Shown piece by piece: positions 1-9,404 of a stretch of 64,000 bases of DNA. The DNA is taken from assembly GCA_020353515.1 (NCBI GenBank), contig CP070695.1, positions 2,674,155 through 2,738,154 of the forward strand, in the 5' to 3' direction. This DNA comes from Candidatus Heimdallarchaeota archaeon. GTDB taxonomy: Archaea; Asgardarchaeota; Heimdallarchaeia; Hodarchaeales; Hodarchaeaceae. The notes under the pieces are model-generated. The model was not told the origin of the DNA, ran no database searches, and worked only from the letters and a program-made list of their open reading frames with translations. Within the stretch, counting starts at the first letter, position 1; every line of letters starts with the position of its first letter. The position numbers and the translations under genes were made by a program.

Positions 1-885
1 ATAATTGGCTTTTCCTACTGTTAATGCATCTAGGAATTGTTGAACCAGTCGTTTTTCCTCTATTAAGACAACTCCTTCTAAAATATCTTCGATTTCTGCA
101 ACCAATTCATTTATTCCGCTCCTGTCTCCTCCATATCCTAAATCTTTAATTCCAACTACTTTAGCCTTTAAACGATTGTCGAAATATTCAACGACTTGAT
201 CCTTTATTTGACCAGGTCCGCCAAGAATTACACCCTTTAATTCAATACGGTCATCTTCGATAAAGAACTGTTTCATATCGTCAGCAACACGTTTTAGAAA
301 CCGTGCAACAACCTCTTCCCGCAATCTAGCAAAACGAACACTGCTCTGGCCTCCTTTCCGATGCTTTTTTGCTGCACCGCTTCGTGTGCTTTTCACAATC
401 TCGATTTGATCCCCTTTCAATGTTGCTATTGTTGCTTTTGCACTATCGATAGCTAATAAAGCGTAGGTATCTTTCTCAACCAAACGATCAACTAGATACT
501 CCACATGGAAGCGATTATCACAAACATATAGTTTACGTGATATCGGTTGTGGGGGTTCAAAAACATAGGATTCAATTTTATAATCTTTATGACCAGAATC
601 CGCGGTTGCACCTGCAAATATTGCTATACCTGATTCTGGTGATTTATGACCGTAAAGCTTCAGCTTTCCAATTACATTGCGTAAAGCTGAAACAACATTT
701 TTTTGTGTGAACTTACTTCGAATATTTGTGGCAGTACCTACCTCATCAGTTAATTCTTGAACAAAATCAGCAATTGCTCGGTCGGGAGGTACATATAAAG
801 ATATTAAACAAGTGCTGCCATCAGGAGATTCCTTGTTCTGCAAGTCAGTGAGCATTCTTTCGAGTTTGTACTGTTCATAGCTCAT
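1..885 (-). CDS. prf1: Peptide chain release factor aRF1 (3' part runs off the window)
   Basis: Manual translation from ATG at 885: MSYEQYKLERMLTDL...LISLYVPP...GTATNIRS...LYVCDNRFH...KKHRKGGQSSVRFARLR, containing the NIKS-type, YxCxxxF and GGQ motifs. Not in the ORF track. Confidence 0.95.
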   Translation of the reverse strand, partial: MSYEQYKLERMLTDLQNKESPDGSTCLISLYVPPDRAIADFVQELTDEVGTATNIRSKFTQKNVVSALRNVIGKLKLYGHKSPESGIAIFAGATADSGHKDYKIESYVFEPPQPISRKLYVCDNRFHVEYLVDRLVEKDTYALLAIDSAKATIATLKGDQIEIVKSTRSGAAKKHRKGGQSSVRFARLREEVVARFLKRVADDMKQFFIEDDRIELKGVILGGPGQIKDQVVEYFDNRLKAKVVGIKDLGYGGDRSGINELVAEIEDILEGVVLIEEKRLVQQFLDALTVGKANY

Positions 886-960
886 TCCAAATCACACATG
901 ATAATCTCGACAAAATTCCTCTGCAATTTATGATTTAAGTAATGTATAAAAAAACCTTAG

Positions 961-1965
961 TCAGGTTTGTATAATAGCTCGATATCTAGGATAATTCTTA
1001 ACAAATTCATTTATTGTAAATTGATTCCAGTCACAGATTGGGGAATATTCGACGAAATCTATACAGAGAAGAGCAGCGGAATTTTTATGACATAGATACA
1101 TTATTTTTTCCAGGGTAATCAATATCTCTGTAGTTTGTTTTTGTAAACTCTCCTTCTTTTCTTGCGTAAAAGTTTCTAAATTGGAGAAAAAACCCAATGA
1201 TTTTCCTAGAAGAAGAGGTGTTTTGAATTTTCTCTCTTCTTTTTTTTCAGCGAGTATCTGTTCTATAGTCATAGAATGGCCGATAATCTTGTTTCTATGC
1301 CAATAATTCGAGTAACCTAAAAAATCTCCTTGAGAAAGTTGATAATAATCCAAATCGATACTTAAATATATTTTTTTACCTTTCAACCAAGTATTGAGGT
1401 CACGGTTTAAACTCACATCACTAAAATCTGGCTTAATGAATGGAAAAAGACTGGAAGCCTCTTCATAATCTTGACTAGTATCAGCCCATCCTCCAAATAC
1501 AGAGGTAATGCTTGCTAGTTCCTTAGTAATCCATGCTCCATGTGGTTTTTGAGAATTGGATAAATCCAGGTGAGCATCAAGAGTAATAATGCCAAAATCA
1601 TCACCATGTTGTTGCCAGTAATCCTCAGCAATTAACCTGGAAGGTGCATGAGAAGTTGCAATGTTTATCATACGGCGTTTATCTTCCCATAAAAATGTGG
1701 ATATATCGTCATATCTTCTCGTGCCCAATATATTTTCATGGAAAGACCCCTTGACAAGATTTGGAAATTTTTGTATGAAACATGGATTAATGAGTCCAGA
1801 TAAATCAATATGTGGATACAGTCTTTTTAATTCTTGGATTTTTACCACCGCCCAGTATTCTTCAGGCCAGAATAATGTCATACCATAGGTTTGAGACGGA
1901 ATACATAGTGGAAATGGGCTTATATCTCTTGAATTACACTCAGAAGTAAAAGAATTAATAGTCAT
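961..1965 (-). CDS. Arginase/ureohydrolase-fold protein, divergent
   Basis: LDAHLD and SIDLDY metal motifs and a DFVEYSP C-terminal motif are present; the GGDH motif is not recognisable. Confidence 0.55.
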   Translation of the reverse strand: MTINSFTSECNSRDISPFPLCIPSQTYGMTLFWPEEYWAVVKIQELKRLYPHIDLSGLINPCFIQKFPNLVKGSFHENILGTRRYDDISTFLWEDKRRMINIATSHAPSRLIAEDYWQQHGDDFGIITLDAHLDLSNSQKPHGAWITKELASITSVFGGWADTSQDYEEASSLFPFIKPDFSDVSLNRDLNTWLKGKKIYLSIDLDYYQLSQGDFLGYSNYWHRNKIIGHSMTIEQILAEKKEERKFKTPLLLGKSLGFFSNLETFTQEKKESLQKQTTEILITLEKIMYLCHKNSAALLCIDFVEYSPICDWNQFTINEFVKNYPRYRAIIQT

Positions 1966-1971
1966 TACTTT

Positions 1972-2652
1972 TCATGTATTTTGAATAACTGTTCCAACAT
2001 TCTTTCCTTGGATTGCTTCCTTTATCTTATCTACGTTTTTAGGACAGATTATGATACGCATATTGGTGCGTTCGCAGATCTTAGCAGCAATTAGAGTAAA
2101 TGGCGCATTTGACCCAGCACCTAATGATAATGGAGTGACAATGTCATAGAATTCTTTATAGGTTAATTCTTTGTATTTTTTCGCATCAGGGAATTTATTC
2201 GGATCTTTATCATAAATCCCATCAACATTGGTCACGTTCACAAGAATGGGAGACCCAAATAAATCAGCTAAAATTGCTGCATCCTCATCAGTCTTAATTG
2301 CTGGTAAAAATCCTCCAGATATACCAATTTTTTGAAACTGAAGGTGTTCACTTAATTTTTTCACGGTTGTAGGCAATATTGGAGAACAGTGTCCTTTGAA
2401 ATAATAAGTTAACAACTGGGCATTAAGCCAAGTTGCTGCAATTCCCATATAGTCGCGTTCACCTTCAGTCAATCCTTCAGGAAGTCCTTTGATGTATTGA
2501 CGAGCTACCTTCCCACCACCACATACAATCATGAATTTATGTTGATGTACGAACTCTTTAACTACTATGGAAAAATCTGTAAGGAATTGGGTATCAATTT
2601 CGCCAGGGTTGATGATGCTTCCACCCAAAGATAATGTAATTAGAGATTTCAT
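1972..2652 (-). CDS. pyrH: UMP kinase (archaeal type)
   Basis: SLGGSII, VCGGGKVARQYI, TNVDGIYDKDP. Confidence 0.9.
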   Translation of the reverse strand: MKSLITLSLGGSIINPGEIDTQFLTDFSIVVKEFVHQHKFMIVCGGGKVARQYIKGLPEGLTEGERDYMGIAATWLNAQLLTYYFKGHCSPILPTTVKKLSEHLQFQKIGISGGFLPAIKTDEDAAILADLFGSPILVNVTNVDGIYDKDPNKFPDAKKYKELTYKEFYDIVTPLSLGAGSNAPFTLIAAKICERTNMRIIICPKNVDKIKEAIQGKNVGTVIQNT

Positions 2653-2825
2653 TCTTCAACTCACCAGAATTTAAAGTGTTTTGTCTCCTTAATTCTCTTT
2701 AGTTTTTTCTCTCCTGATTATGAAAATATCCTAGCTATACTCCCTCAAGAATCTATACTTTTTACTTATTTTTTTCAAGAACTAGGGATTAGGCTTCCAT
2801 CTCTCCCTTAACAAATATGAAAATA

Positions 2826-2984
2826 TGCCGAGGGTGCGATTTGAACGCACGACAACTGGATATCCATCTCACAGATGAACTGGAGACTTCAGTCCAGCGC
2901 TAACGGGATTTGATACCATTATAAAATGGTGATACTCCCGGGATTCTCATTTACTCATTAAAGTAAACTCTAAGCTACCTCGGC
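2826..2984 (-). tRNA. tRNA-Phe(GAA) with 3 introns (15/16: 2943-2969; 22/23: 2902-2934; 37/38: 2862-2886)
   Basis: Removing three hairpin inserts gives a 74-nt cloverleaf GCCGAGG...CTGGA CTGAAGA TCCAG...GTGCG TTCAAAT CGCAC CCTCGGC A. Confidence 0.88.
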
Positions 2985-3069
2985 AAACGTAAATACGAAG
3001 TAATTCAGTCATTGCTAGCAAGTGATAAAAATTTTTACCTGTTTTGTAGTAAAAAATCCAAGATTACTT

Positions 3070-3258
3070 TTAATCAGTACGTCGACGCCTATTGAAATTT
3101 TTATTTGTCCAAGAATATCGACGTAGTTTTGGGTTAGGAAACCCACAATAAGCACATTGGCGCTTACGTTTGTGGTATGAACGATTACCACATCTTCGAC
3201 ATTGCATATGAGTTCGTTTAGCAGTATGTTTTCCTCGTGATGCTGTTCCTTTTGTCAT
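3070..3258 (-). CDS. rpl37e: 50S ribosomal protein L37e
   Basis: [10 protein letters not shown]...[12 protein letters not shown]...CAYCGFP zinc ribbon. Confidence 0.97.
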   Translation of the reverse strand: MTKGTASRGKHTAKRTHMQCRRCGNRSYHKRKRQCAYCGFPNPKLRRYSWTNKNFNRRRRTD

Positions 3259-3306
3259 TTTTTACACCTCGGTTAATAATCAGGTTTTTGGCTATATTAG
3301 CTCTCC

Positions 3307-3540
3307 CTAGGGGGGAGAAATAAGAATTACATTGTCTCCTCGTAAGATAATATTTCCTAATGATTCTGTTACGGCTTCTTCCTCTTCCTTTGGAGGATAA
3401 ATCATTTCTGCATCTTCTAGGTATAAATTGAGATGGGGATCGTAACTCCGTAAGATTCCGCGAATTTCACGTTGTCCTCTCACTTTGAGAATAACCTTCT
3501 TGTTGAGAGCGGCTGTTAAGACATCTAAGGGTCTACTCAT
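3307..3540 (-). CDS. Sm-like (Lsm/SmAP) RNA-binding protein
   Basis: RPLDVL...GILRSYDPHLNLYLEDAE...LRGDNVILISP; conserved position upstream of rpl37e. Confidence 0.95.
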   Translation of the reverse strand: MSRPLDVLTAALNKKVILKVRGQREIRGILRSYDPHLNLYLEDAEMIYPPKEEEEAVTESLGNIILRGDNVILISPP

Positions 3541-3583
3541 AATAATTCACTTGCTAAAATTGGATATTTGTAACAAAAAGGAA

Positions 3584-3723
3584 TGCTCCGACCGGGATTT
3601 TCCAACCACAAACAGTGTGTTTGGGTTCTTTGAACCCGGGTCCTTCCGCTTAGATTCAATATTGAATTCAGCCAGATTCGGGGCGAAAGCCCGGAATGAT
3701 GGGCCGAGCTACACTATCGGAGC
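3584..3723 (-). tRNA. tRNA-Glu(TTC) with 2 non-canonical introns (~44/45: 3643-3676; 59/60: 3598-3628)
   Basis: The 5' end and T/acceptor arms match the tRNA-Glu(CTC) at 15342; anticodon arm CCGGG CTTTCGC CCCGA; two hairpin inserts. Confidence 0.82.
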
Positions 3724-3921
3724 AAATCCTCTTGGAATATAGCCCTTTATTGGCAATACAACCCCCTCTGCTTTAAATTAAAAAGTTTTGTTGATATATG
3801 TTTAATAATGAAACGGGTGCTAAAGGAGTGAAGCAGTATTTTTAGTTTAGTTAAAGATTAAATTAGAAACACTTTAAATCTGGATCAAACTTATTTCGTC
3901 AACGTAAGATTTGAGGATTAG

Positions 3922-4281
3922 GTGTTCATTAGAATGGTATCTTCTCACCGTCGTAAAAAACGAAAAAGATCTATAGAACGCCAAGATATCCAATTTCTAA
4001 CACAAGAAGCTATGACATTCTTCATCGAGGAGAGTATAAAAACACGTTCAACGAATCCTCTACAATCTCAAGAATTTTATCGAGCAGCTCGAAAAATTGG
4101 CAAACGTGGACGAATTCATCTTCCACATCAGTATCGAAATTATTTTTGTCGGTCGTGCAATTATCCAATAAGCATTAAAACGACAAGAATTCGTTTAAAT
4201 AGTAAAAAAAGGCAGATTCATTATTTTTGTTTTAACTGTAGGAAGGAGCAGCGATTTGGTTATAATAAGAGATCAGAATAA
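3922..4281 (+). CDS. rnp4: Ribonuclease P protein component 4 (Rpp21)
   Basis: ARKIGKRGRIHLP..YRNYFCRSC...RIRL...CFNCRKEQRFGY zinc ribbon. Confidence 0.85.
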   Translation: MFIRMVSSHRRKKRKRSIERQDIQFLTQEAMTFFIEESIKTRSTNPLQSQEFYRAARKIGKRGRIHLPHQYRNYFCRSCNYPISIKTTRIRLNSKKRQIHYFCFNCRKEQRFGYNKRSE

Positions 4282-4296
4282 GAAGGAGTAATAACC

Positions 4297-4632
4297 ATGT
4301 ATATTGCCATTTATACAACATTTGATAGTCCGGAGGAGGCAAAGAAATTTGCACACCTTTTACTTGAGAAAAAACTTGCAGCTTGTGTGAATCTAATTTC
4401 GGATGTCCAATCCATCTATCGTTGGAAAGGAAAGATTGAGGAAGCAAACGAAATAATCCTGTGGTGCAAGACACAAGATTTTTTGGTTGAAGAAATCCAA
4501 TCAATGATCCAAGAATCTCATTCATATGAATTACCAGCTTTTGTGGTCTATCCAATTCACTCAGGGAGCGAAAAATATCTAAAATGGATAGCTGATGAGA
4601 CTCAACCAGTTAAACATCGATCAAAACCTTAA
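4297..4632 (+). CDS. cutA: Divalent-cation tolerance protein CutA
   Basis: LLEKKLAACVN, SIYRWKGKIEEANE, HSYELP. Confidence 0.95.
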   Translation: MYIAIYTTFDSPEEAKKFAHLLLEKKLAACVNLISDVQSIYRWKGKIEEANEIILWCKTQDFLVEEIQSMIQESHSYELPAFVVYPIHSGSEKYLKWIADETQPVKHRSKP

Positions 4633-5644
4633 ATCGATTATTAACTTCTTCTGTGCTTACATCAACATCAAGTGAGTCTTTTATCAAGTTAATATTGGTT
4701 TTAGTATGGTTAGATAAATAAGGAGTGAAAAAAGAACTAGAATTTGAAGCTAATGCCATGATAGGCAGAATTTGATCAGCTAAAAAAGGATCAACGGTAC
4801 TTCTACTCTTTATGGTAATAGAATAACGCTTGAACGCATTTTGGCCTACTTTTTCTGCAGGAAGCTTTCGTTCACCAACAAAATCACCGCTAATTACAGC
4901 TTTTTCAGCTTTTGAGTATATTAATACACCAGAACCAGGATTAGCTGAATTTACTGATTCTTTGAGAATCTTTGGATCAATATCTTGTTTTTCTAGAGCT
5001 GTTGCGATTGTATTCGCCTGTCTTTCTGCAACTCGTGCCCTTTGAAGGTGTTTTGACTCGAAGGATAAAATATTGGCTACTTTTGGTTTCTTAAATACTT
5101 CTAGATCCAACCCCTGTATATGAGAGGGAGAACGTAATTTAGCTGAAACACGTGCACCTCCTTTGGGATAAAATCCATGTCGAGAGATTTCAGTTTTAAG
5201 ATCAAAATTCATATTGCGAAAGATTTCCCAAGTGACATGATTTACATAAGGAATACTAGGTGCCCATTTTCCAAAAGTAGCCCCTCCCTGAAATTCAACT
5301 TCCAAATCATGATTCCTCACTCCAAGGATAGCTACCTGAAGAGATTGTAATATTAATCCCAGACTACCTGCTGTAGAAACATGAATTTTCAGGTTAGAAC
5401 GCCAAGAATTACAAGGTACAAAAATAATAGTTCCTGATCCGAGATTATCCCCATCTAAATCACCCCCACAAAATTCAGCTAATGCTCGGAGACCTACAAG
5501 ATGTTGCGTTTGGAGTCCTGGCTTCGGACGGTTTTTACGAATATTTACAATTTTTATAGATTCTTGTGTCACGAGAGCTAGAGACGTCGCTAATCGAAGA
5601 ATAGATCCTCCTCCTTCACCTACACTGCCATCATAAACATGCAT
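4610..5644 (-). CDS. rtcA: RNA 3'-terminal phosphate cyclase
   Basis: DGSVGEGGGSILR, NIRKNRPKPGL..QHL, RHGFYPKGG, DPFLADQIL, HTKTNI. Confidence 0.95.
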   Translation of the reverse strand: MHVYDGSVGEGGGSILRLATSLALVTQESIKIVNIRKNRPKPGLQTQHLVGLRALAEFCGGDLDGDNLGSGTIIFVPCNSWRSNLKIHVSTAGSLGLILQSLQVAILGVRNHDLEVEFQGGATFGKWAPSIPYVNHVTWEIFRNMNFDLKTEISRHGFYPKGGARVSAKLRSPSHIQGLDLEVFKKPKVANILSFESKHLQRARVAERQANTIATALEKQDIDPKILKESVNSANPGSGVLIYSKAEKAVISGDFVGERKLPAEKVGQNAFKRYSITIKSRSTVDPFLADQILPIMALASNSSSFFTPYLSNHTKTNINLIKDSLDVDVSTEEVNNRFKVLIDV

Positions 5645-5725
5645 TTAGAAACCCCTTTGAAATAGAAGTGATAAATATGTTGAAAGAAAATATGGGTTAA
5701 TGATCTTTACTTCTAGTAAAATACG

Positions 5726-5887
5726 CTATCCTGCTCTCTCTTTTCGTTTGGGGCGTAATCTTGTTGAGCGACATCGTCGACATTTAGTTGCTCCTGGAGG
5801 ATTTCGGGCATAACACTTTCTACAGATCATCATATCAAGTAGTGCCTTACGAACAATGTCTCGTTTCTCAGGCTCGGTGATTGGCAT
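5726..5887 (-). CDS. rpl40e: 50S ribosomal protein L40e (start taken at MPITEPEK; upstream ATG at 5938 possible)
   Basis: MICRKCYARNPPGATKCRRCRSTRLRPK. Confidence 0.93.
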   Translation of the reverse strand: MPITEPEKRDIVRKALLDMMICRKCYARNPPGATKCRRCRSTRLRPKRKERAG

Positions 5888-6523
5888 TGTTTTAAGTTCC
5901 TTTTTAATGGTTAGCTTTGTATCAAGCTTTTCTTCCATGGATCACCTTTCATTCAAGAACCAAAAGTTTTTCTCTGGAATTGGTGATGAAATATTATCAT
6001 TTTGAGGGATTTTACCTAAATTTAAATTCTTTCTTGTTAATTAGAAGCCAAAATTGCAGAAAAAATGTGGTTATGAGAATTTTCTCTATAATTGCCATAA
6101 AATGATCTAAAATCATCATTAATGATGAAATCATACCCCGTCTAAAACTTTAAGTTCAAATTGGTGAGCATGATGATATTTTTAATATCTCGTATGCAAA
6201 ATGCAGTAATGATGTTATAATTCCACTTTTTTCCTTCTCTACAAGTGAAAGTGATATGATTTATTTGGAAAACACACCTCCATGTTTTTTAATCTTCTAA
6301 GACTTAACAACCTTGCTTAGAATTCAAATCATGATTACAAGTTATATTATCTTCTCGTGACAATAGTTTGGTAATTCCCCCCGCCCCCCCCTATTTCGAG
6401 TGTAAAATATGAGAAAAAACGACAAAAATGAAGAATAAATCCAAATCGCAACCTCCATAACGATTAATTATCCCCGTACTATTTCCAGAAAACATTAATA
6501 AATAAGAAAAAACCAATAGTAAC

Positions 6524-6844
6524 ATGAAGCAAAAATTCGGACAAGGTGAGACCTCAATGCAATATTACATGAGTGTATCTGAGATTCAAGATCGAGTTAG
6601 AACATTGATCAATCATTTCACTGGCAGTTATAGCGTGAAATCACCCTTTTTCAACCCAAAACTGGTAAATTCACTCCAAAAAATGGTGGATCCCAACCTT
6701 TTAAATAATGAAAAAGTAGCTGAAGAAATAATTACTACTTTTTTAAATTCCATAATTTTAGCTGGACAGTTGGGCATTGATATTGAAACAAAGGTGAATG
6801 AATACCTTATCCAACTTGAAAGAGAAGCTCTCTTTGCAATGTGA
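6524..6844 (+). CDS. Small helical protein, degenerate MazG-like fold
   Basis: MSVSEIQDRVR...AEEIITTFLNSIILAGQLGIDIETKVNEYL resembles the MazG/dCTPase helix pattern but lacks the acidic catalytic residues. Confidence 0.4.
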   Translation: MKQKFGQGETSMQYYMSVSEIQDRVRTLINHFTGSYSVKSPFFNPKLVNSLQKMVDPNLLNNEKVAEEIITTFLNSIILAGQLGIDIETKVNEYLIQLEREALFAM

Positions 6845-6887
6845 CTTTTTGATAATATTCTATCTCACTAAATAGTATAGTGGTAAT

Positions 6888-8009
6888 TTAGACAAAGAGG
6901 GCAACTATCGAATCAAGGGTAATAATTCCGAGAAGTAAACTCCCTAAGACACCTAAAACTAGGCATCCTAGTCCACCAAAAATAGGTAAAGGAAGACCAG
7001 GTAGAGCACGATCCTTTTTTAATAATCTAAAGGTAAGAATTGCTCCTGTGAAGAGTCCAACCAGCGAAGCAAAAAGGGGAACTGGAGTAGCTAATTCGCT
7101 GCCTATTACTACCGCAGCACTGATTAACATACTAAAAAATGCAAAATCGCCTAAACCAATATTTATTAAAGGAGTAGAATAAACAGGGAGAGCTGGTAAT
7201 AAAGGTACTTTCTCAAATTCCCCCTCTTCAACATGAAGAGCCATATCATTTTCGATTTGCTCTACAGTTTCACGTCCATGGTCAATAATTCCTTTTAATG
7301 GACCACGAAACACGGCATAAATATCATACAATGATAAACCTATTAAAATGAGAACCGTTGTAAGTAAACCAAGATGTATCGCTAGCATTGAACCAATCAT
7401 TGCCCCAAAAAATATCATCATCAAATTTCGGATCCAAATCTTATCAAAACTCTGAATTCCGAATGTAAAGGTTCCTAGAAAACCTAAGAGTATGGAAAAA
7501 AGCCATAACAATATTTCTACAATAGAGATTTTTTGTGTTCCAATCGCCACACTCCATCTAAAAAAATCATCAATCCAATTCTGAATGAAGGAAGGAAATA
7601 TGGTCCAGAATAGGTTTAGTACTCCAAGGAGAACAACAACTCCATAGAAGAAGCCAAAGACAAACCAGCTAAATCCCATCATCACTGCAAAGAAATAGAC
7701 CAAAAATTGCATAAATCCTTTCTTAATTATAATTAAGACTATCAGTCCTCCGATAAAAGCTAATGAAACATAGAAAATCATATTGAGTATTGCCCCATAA
7801 GCTATCCCACCAGGATCCTCTGGATTCTCTGGAATTGGTGAAATATCAGGAGGAGAATACTCTGGGTCTAATTCTTGCATTGCTGCATAGTAATCAAGTG
7901 TAAATAATGACAAAATGATTGCTATCAGGATTACGAAAATAATTGGCTGAATAAAAGCCTGTAGCTTCGCTTCAGTGGTTTCATGACTTTCGGATGTGTT
8001 TTCACTCAT
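6888..8009 (-). CDS. Presenilin-family intramembrane aspartyl protease
   Basis: Multi-TM protein with YD (LSLYDIYAV), GxGD (IGLGDFAFF) and a PAL-type motif (ALPGLP). Confidence 0.92.
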   Translation of the reverse strand: MSENTSESHETTEAKLQAFIQPIIFVILIAIILSLFTLDYYAAMQELDPEYSPPDISPIPENPEDPGGIAYGAILNMIFYVSLAFIGGLIVLIIIKKGFMQFLVYFFAVMMGFSWFVFGFFYGVVVLLGVLNLFWTIFPSFIQNWIDDFFRWSVAIGTQKISIVEILLWLFSILLGFLGTFTFGIQSFDKIWIRNLMMIFFGAMIGSMLAIHLGLLTTVLILIGLSLYDIYAVFRGPLKGIIDHGRETVEQIENDMALHVEEGEFEKVPLLPALPVYSTPLINIGLGDFAFFSMLISAAVVIGSELATPVPLFASLVGLFTGAILTFRLLKKDRALPGLPLPIFGGLGCLVLGVLGSLLLGIITLDSIVALFV

Positions 8010-9078
8010 TTACTATCAAGAAAGATCCAAACATAAAGTGAAAATAAAAATAGTGGAGCGAGAACTATTCATACAAATGCCGAACCTCGAAAATTTGGGA
8101 GAATTTAACATCATCAATCTCCTACAAACATATATTGATTCTTCTGACCTTATTGGGAGGAATGAAGACGCCTATCTTTATAGTAACAACCATCCGTATG
8201 TTCTTGTCAATGTTGACACCATGACTAGGAATTCTGATTTTCTACCAAAACAAACGTGGAAGCAATTAGGAGGAAAGCTGGTAGCAATAACTTTCTCTGA
8301 TCTAGCAGCGAAAGGAGCAACACCAGATTTGTTTATTTCATCTTTAGTCCTAGAAAAGACAATGAAGGAAAGTGAGCTTAAGGAATTAGTCGCAGCCATC
8401 CAAAAAACTAGTAATAAATATGGAGCAAAGTATTTAGGTGGCGATCTGGGGTCTTCAGTTGAAACAGTTCTAACTGGAGTAGGAATGGGTTCTATAAAAA
8501 GAGGAAAGATTTTAACTCGAAGAGATGCCAGACTTAAAGATTTAGTTTGTGTTACAGGTCATTTTGGATTGAATACTATAGGTTTAGACTATCTCTTATA
8601 TCCAGAAAATAGAAAATATGACATTATACCAGATAACCTCTTTGAGATCGGCATTTCATCTCTTTATGAACCAAAACCGAGGCTTACTGAGGGTGTTTTA
8701 CTAAGTGAAAATAGTCTTGCAACATCCTCAATTGATAGTTCTGATGGCTTGGCAATTTCATTACACTGGATTGCACAAGCTTCTCATGTTGGAATTGCAA
8801 TATATGACCTTCCAATACATCCTGAGCTGAAATCTTCATTAAATTCATTTGATACAGTTCTAGAAATTACTATGTTTGGTGGTGAGGAATATGAACTCAT
8901 TTTTACCATACCACCTGCAAATTTAGGAAAATTAGAACAAATTTTTTATGAAAATAATTGCAATTTCTACGTTATTGGTGAATGTATTGATACTCAGGGT
9001 GTTTTTGTATCTCAAAACGGAACACTAACTCCTGTACCAATGAAAGGATGGGATGCTTTCAGAAAAAAAATCTCCTAA
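7996..9078 (+). CDS. thiL: Thiamine-monophosphate kinase (likely start at 8077, MPNL)
   Basis: LGEFNII, FSDLAAKGATP, GGD, DSSDGL, GGEEYELIFT, GWDAF. Confidence 0.92.
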   Translation: MFSLIYYQERSKHKVKIKIVERELFIQMPNLENLGEFNIINLLQTYIDSSDLIGRNEDAYLYSNNHPYVLVNVDTMTRNSDFLPKQTWKQLGGKLVAITFSDLAAKGATPDLFISSLVLEKTMKESELKELVAAIQKTSNKYGAKYLGGDLGSSVETVLTGVGMGSIKRGKILTRRDARLKDLVCVTGHFGLNTIGLDYLLYPENRKYDIIPDNLFEIGISSLYEPKPRLTEGVLLSENSLATSSIDSSDGLAISLHWIAQASHVGIAIYDLPIHPELKSSLNSFDTVLEITMFGGEEYELIFTIPPANLGKLEQIFYENNCNFYVIGECIDTQGVFVSQNGTLTPVPMKGWDAFRKKIS

Positions 9079-9119
9079 AGAATATGTTTCGAGATTAATT
9101 CGATTATCTGAAAAGAGAG

Positions 9120-9192
9120 TGCGCCGACCGGGATTTGAACCCAGGTCACCTGTGTGGCAGACAGGAGTCTTACCAGGCTGGACTATCGGCGC
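9120..9192 (-). tRNA. tRNA-Gly(GCC), intronless
   Basis: GCGCCGA...CCTGT CTGCCAC ACAGG...CTGGG TTCAAAT CCCGG TCGGCGC A cloverleaf. Confidence 0.95.
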
Positions 9193-9404
9193 TTGATATA
9201 ATAATATCATAAAAATGATTTACATTTGATTTTTCTTTAATAAATGCCTTTATTAGGAGAAGGATTGCATTTTATCCCCGTTTTCCTTCTTTTCATTAAT
9301 TTTTTCATTGATTCTCTTACTAATCCTGGTGAATTTTTATGAGGATTGATAATAATTTTTGACTAAATCTGAAACCTTCTTCTAATTGGATTTTATTGAG
9401 AATA

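Noticed and set aside
3485-3742. 85-aa plus-strand ORF
   Set aside because: Antisense to tRNA-Glu(TTC) and the Sm gene.
6100-6220. ATGATGA box-C-like motifs and a short palindrome
   Set aside because: No suitably placed CTGA box D; the motifs are expected by chance in AT-rich DNA.
9025-9210. 61-aa ORF
   Set aside because: Overlaps tRNA-Gly; spurious.
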